Shown one piece after another: positions 43,164 to 44,985 of a stretch of 44,985 nt of DNA. Numbering within the stretch: position 1 is the first letter of the stretch; each line of letters begins with the position of its first letter. The DNA is taken from the NCBI GenBank assembly GCA_964016345.1, contig CAXHFM010000002.1, positions 1-44,985 on the forward strand, in the 5' to 3' direction. Both the position numbers and the translations under genes were made by a program. The notes beneath the pieces were generated by a model. It had not been told where the DNA came from. It did not search any database and was given only the letters and a program-made list of their open reading frames with translations. The DNA comes from an uncultured Candidatus Poseidoniales archaeon (GTDB lineage: Archaea > Thermoplasmatota > Poseidoniia > Poseidoniales > Thalassarchaeaceae).

Positions 43164-44732
43164 ATGATTCACATGGACAGGCTGCCAACCAGAGTGGACA
43201 AATCTGGTGAGGATTTCGTCTCAAGAAAGGAGCATAACCTATCTTTGATTGCGAAACTAACTGAAAAGATGGAAATCGCCAGAGGCGGAGGTGGAGGTAA
43301 ATATGTCGAGAGACACGAATCCAGAGGAAAGGGCATGCCAAGAGATAGAATATCGGAAATTTGCGATCCAGGAACTCCCTTTCTGGAACTCTCAACACTG
43401 GCCGCCTATGAGATGTACGATGGGAGAGCTCACTCTGCTGGAATAGTTACTGGAATAGGTGTCGTTCATGGAAAGGAGTGCATTTTCGTAGCCAATGACG
43501 CCACAGTAAAAGGTGGATCATATTACCCCATGACTGTTAAGAAACATGTTAGGGCACAAGAAATAGCAGAGTCAAATAATCTACCATGCATATATCTGGT
43601 TGATTCAGGGGGGGCATTTCTCCCACTACAAGATCAAGTCTTTCCAGACAAGGGCCATTTTGGAAGAATCTTTAGGAATCAAGCAATATTATCAAGCAAG
43701 GGGATACCACAAGTCGCAGCTGTCCTTGGATCCTGCACAGCAGGCGGTGCGTATATTCCAGCAATGAGTGATGAGTCAATAATCGTCAAAGACAATGGTA
43801 CGATATTTCTAGCGGGACCGCCTCTAGTAAAGGCAGCAACCGGAGAGGAAGTAAGCGCCCAAGATTTGGGTGGTGCCGATTTACACACTAGAGAGTCCGG
43901 AGTTGCTGATCATTATGCAGAGGACGAGAAAGAAGCCCTACAAATTGCTAGGGACATCGTTGAGAATCTCAATGTCGGCCAGAAGGTAAGACTAGATTCG
44001 AAGGAAACTGAGGAACCTTATCACGATCCAATGGATTTAATGGGGATAATCCCCGCTGATAATAGGACTCCATATGATGTGAGAGAAGTGATATCAAGAA
44101 TTGTGGATGGGAGCAGGTTTCACGAATTTAAACAGAGGTATGGTACGACATTAGTCTGTGGATTTGCTAGAATTCATGGTTATCCCGTAGGTATCGTGGC
44201 TAATAATGGAATTTTATTCTCTGAGTCTTCATTGAAGGGAGCCCATTTCGTAGAGCTATGCGGACAGAGAGGAATTCCTCTAGTATTCCTCCAGAACATC
44301 ATGGGATTCATGGTTGGAAGAGACTCAGAGGCGGGCGGAATTGCCAAGGATGGAGCAAAATTAGTGACAGCTGTGTCATGTGTTCCTGTGCCAAAGTTCA
44401 CAGTGATCATTGGCGGTTCACACGGTGCAGGAAACTATGGAATGTGTGGAAGGGCGTATGATCCCCGCTTCCTCTTCATGTGGCCAAATGCCAGAATTTC
44501 TGTGATGGGAGGGGAGCAAGCGGCAAGTGTCCTTTCCACTGTTGGAAATGCCGATCCAGAAGCAATTAGAGAGAAATACGAAAGAGAGAGTAACCCCTAC
44601 TATTCTACTGCCAGACTATGGGATGACGGGGTAATTGATCCTCGTGATACTAGAGATATTCTAGGACTCTGTATCTCATCGTCACTAAATGCCGAGCTTC
44701 CAGATAACAAGTTTGGAGTATTCAGGATGTGA
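43164..44732 (+). CDS. acyl-CoA carboxylase carboxyltransferase (beta) subunit; methylcrotonyl-CoA carboxylase beta-like
   Basis: The protein is 522 aa. Supporting segments are [72 protein letters not shown] and the C-terminal [15 protein letters not shown]. Confidence 0.88.
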   Translation: MIHMDRLPTRVDKSGEDFVSRKEHNLSLIAKLTEKMEIARGGGGGKYVERHESRGKGMPRDRISEICDPGTPFLELSTLAAYEMYDGRAHSAGIVTGIGVVHGKECIFVANDATVKGGSYYPMTVKKHVRAQEIAESNNLPCIYLVDSGGAFLPLQDQVFPDKGHFGRIFRNQAILSSKGIPQVAAVLGSCTAGGAYIPAMSDESIIVKDNGTIFLAGPPLVKAATGEEVSAQDLGGADLHTRESGVADHYAEDEKEALQIARDIVENLNVGQKVRLDSKETEEPYHDPMDLMGIIPADNRTPYDVREVISRIVDGSRFHEFKQRYGTTLVCGFARIHGYPVGIVANNGILFSESSLKGAHFVELCGQRGIPLVFLQNIMGFMVGRDSEAGGIAKDGAKLVTAVSCVPVPKFTVIIGGSHGAGNYGMCGRAYDPRFLFMWPNARISVMGGEQAASVLSTVGNADPEAIREKYERESNPYYSTARLWDDGVIDPRDTRDILGLCISSSLNAELPDNKFGVFRM

Positions 44733-44942
44733 AATTATAACGGAAAGAATTAGCGACGAAGTCCCAAAAACGGAGCTCTGCTATCTAGAAATAGAGGGTC
44801 CCGTTGCAATAATTACCATCTCTAGAAAAGAGGTATTCAATGCTCTAAACGCACAGCTAATATCTGAGTTGATTGATTTAATCACTTGGACCTCATCAAG
44901 GGCCGCCGCTAAAAATAACTCTCTAAAGGACTCAGATGAAGC
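44689..44942 (+). CDS. enoyl-CoA hydratase/isomerase (crotonase) family protein; N-terminal fragment truncated by the contig end and adapter
   Basis: The frame is open from ATG 44689 (alternative TTG 44713). [33 protein letters not shown] is the typical crotonase N-terminal strand-helix. The gene overlaps the carboxyltransferase 3' end by 44 nt. Confidence 0.6.
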
Positions 44943-44985
44943 CTGTCTCTTATACACATCTCCGAGCCCACGAGACTTACGTGCA
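44943..44985. other. Illumina Nextera transposase adapter read-through (synthetic, not genomic)
   Basis: There is an exact match to CTGTCTCTTATACACATCTCCGAGCCCACGAGAC (mosaic end plus Read-2 adapter) at 44943-44976. It is followed by 9 nt (TTACGTGCA), where an index would sit. Confidence 0.92.

Noticed and set aside
1-44985. I searched by eye for CRISPR arrays, rRNA genes, transposases or IS elements, toxin-antitoxin pairs and known defence genes.
   Set aside because: I noticed no regularly spaced direct repeats, no rRNA-like segments, and no DDE, integrase or Cas motifs in any listed ORF. Absence is based on visual inspection only.

Overview
The window reads as a metagenomic contig from an uncultivated marine planktonic archaeon. 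My best guess is a Marine Group II/III-like Thermoplasmatota (Poseidoniales-type) lineage. This is an inference from archaeal information genes (ribosomal protein L15e, aIF1A, Rio1 kinase, a KH/Dim2-like protein, and an intron-bearing tRNA-Tyr with a C1:G72 pair) found alongside a bacterial-type proteorhodopsin, secreted M14 and S8 peptidases, and a nuo operon lacking nuoEFG. No search was run.

Layout:
- 0-12.9 kb: proteorhodopsin, an SRPBCC protein, gpmA, an MscS channel, an M14 carboxypeptidase translationally coupled to an NSS amino-acid symporter, hisS, a PGF-CTERM secreted protein, ftsZ, tRNA-Tyr, a mini ParB-like protein, L15e, and a PRC-barrel protein.
- 12.9-27.7 kb: five same-strand genes (4853 aa in total) encoding very large envelope proteins. 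Only one of them, a subtilisin-like S8 peptidase, has a recognisable enzymatic domain. This is my candidate for an undescribed cell-surface system.
- 27.7-39.6 kb: nuoABCDHI-J1-J2-KLMN, with lineage-specific insertions in NuoH, NuoI and NuoL.
- 39.6-44.9 kb: aIF1A-Rio1-KH cluster, a polytopic membrane protein, an acyl-CoA carboxyltransferase, and the start of a crotonase.

The last 43 nt are Illumina Nextera adapter, so the right contig end is artificial. I saw no rRNA, CRISPR array, transposase or integrase. All calls rest on motif recognition by eye; no database search or computation was run.
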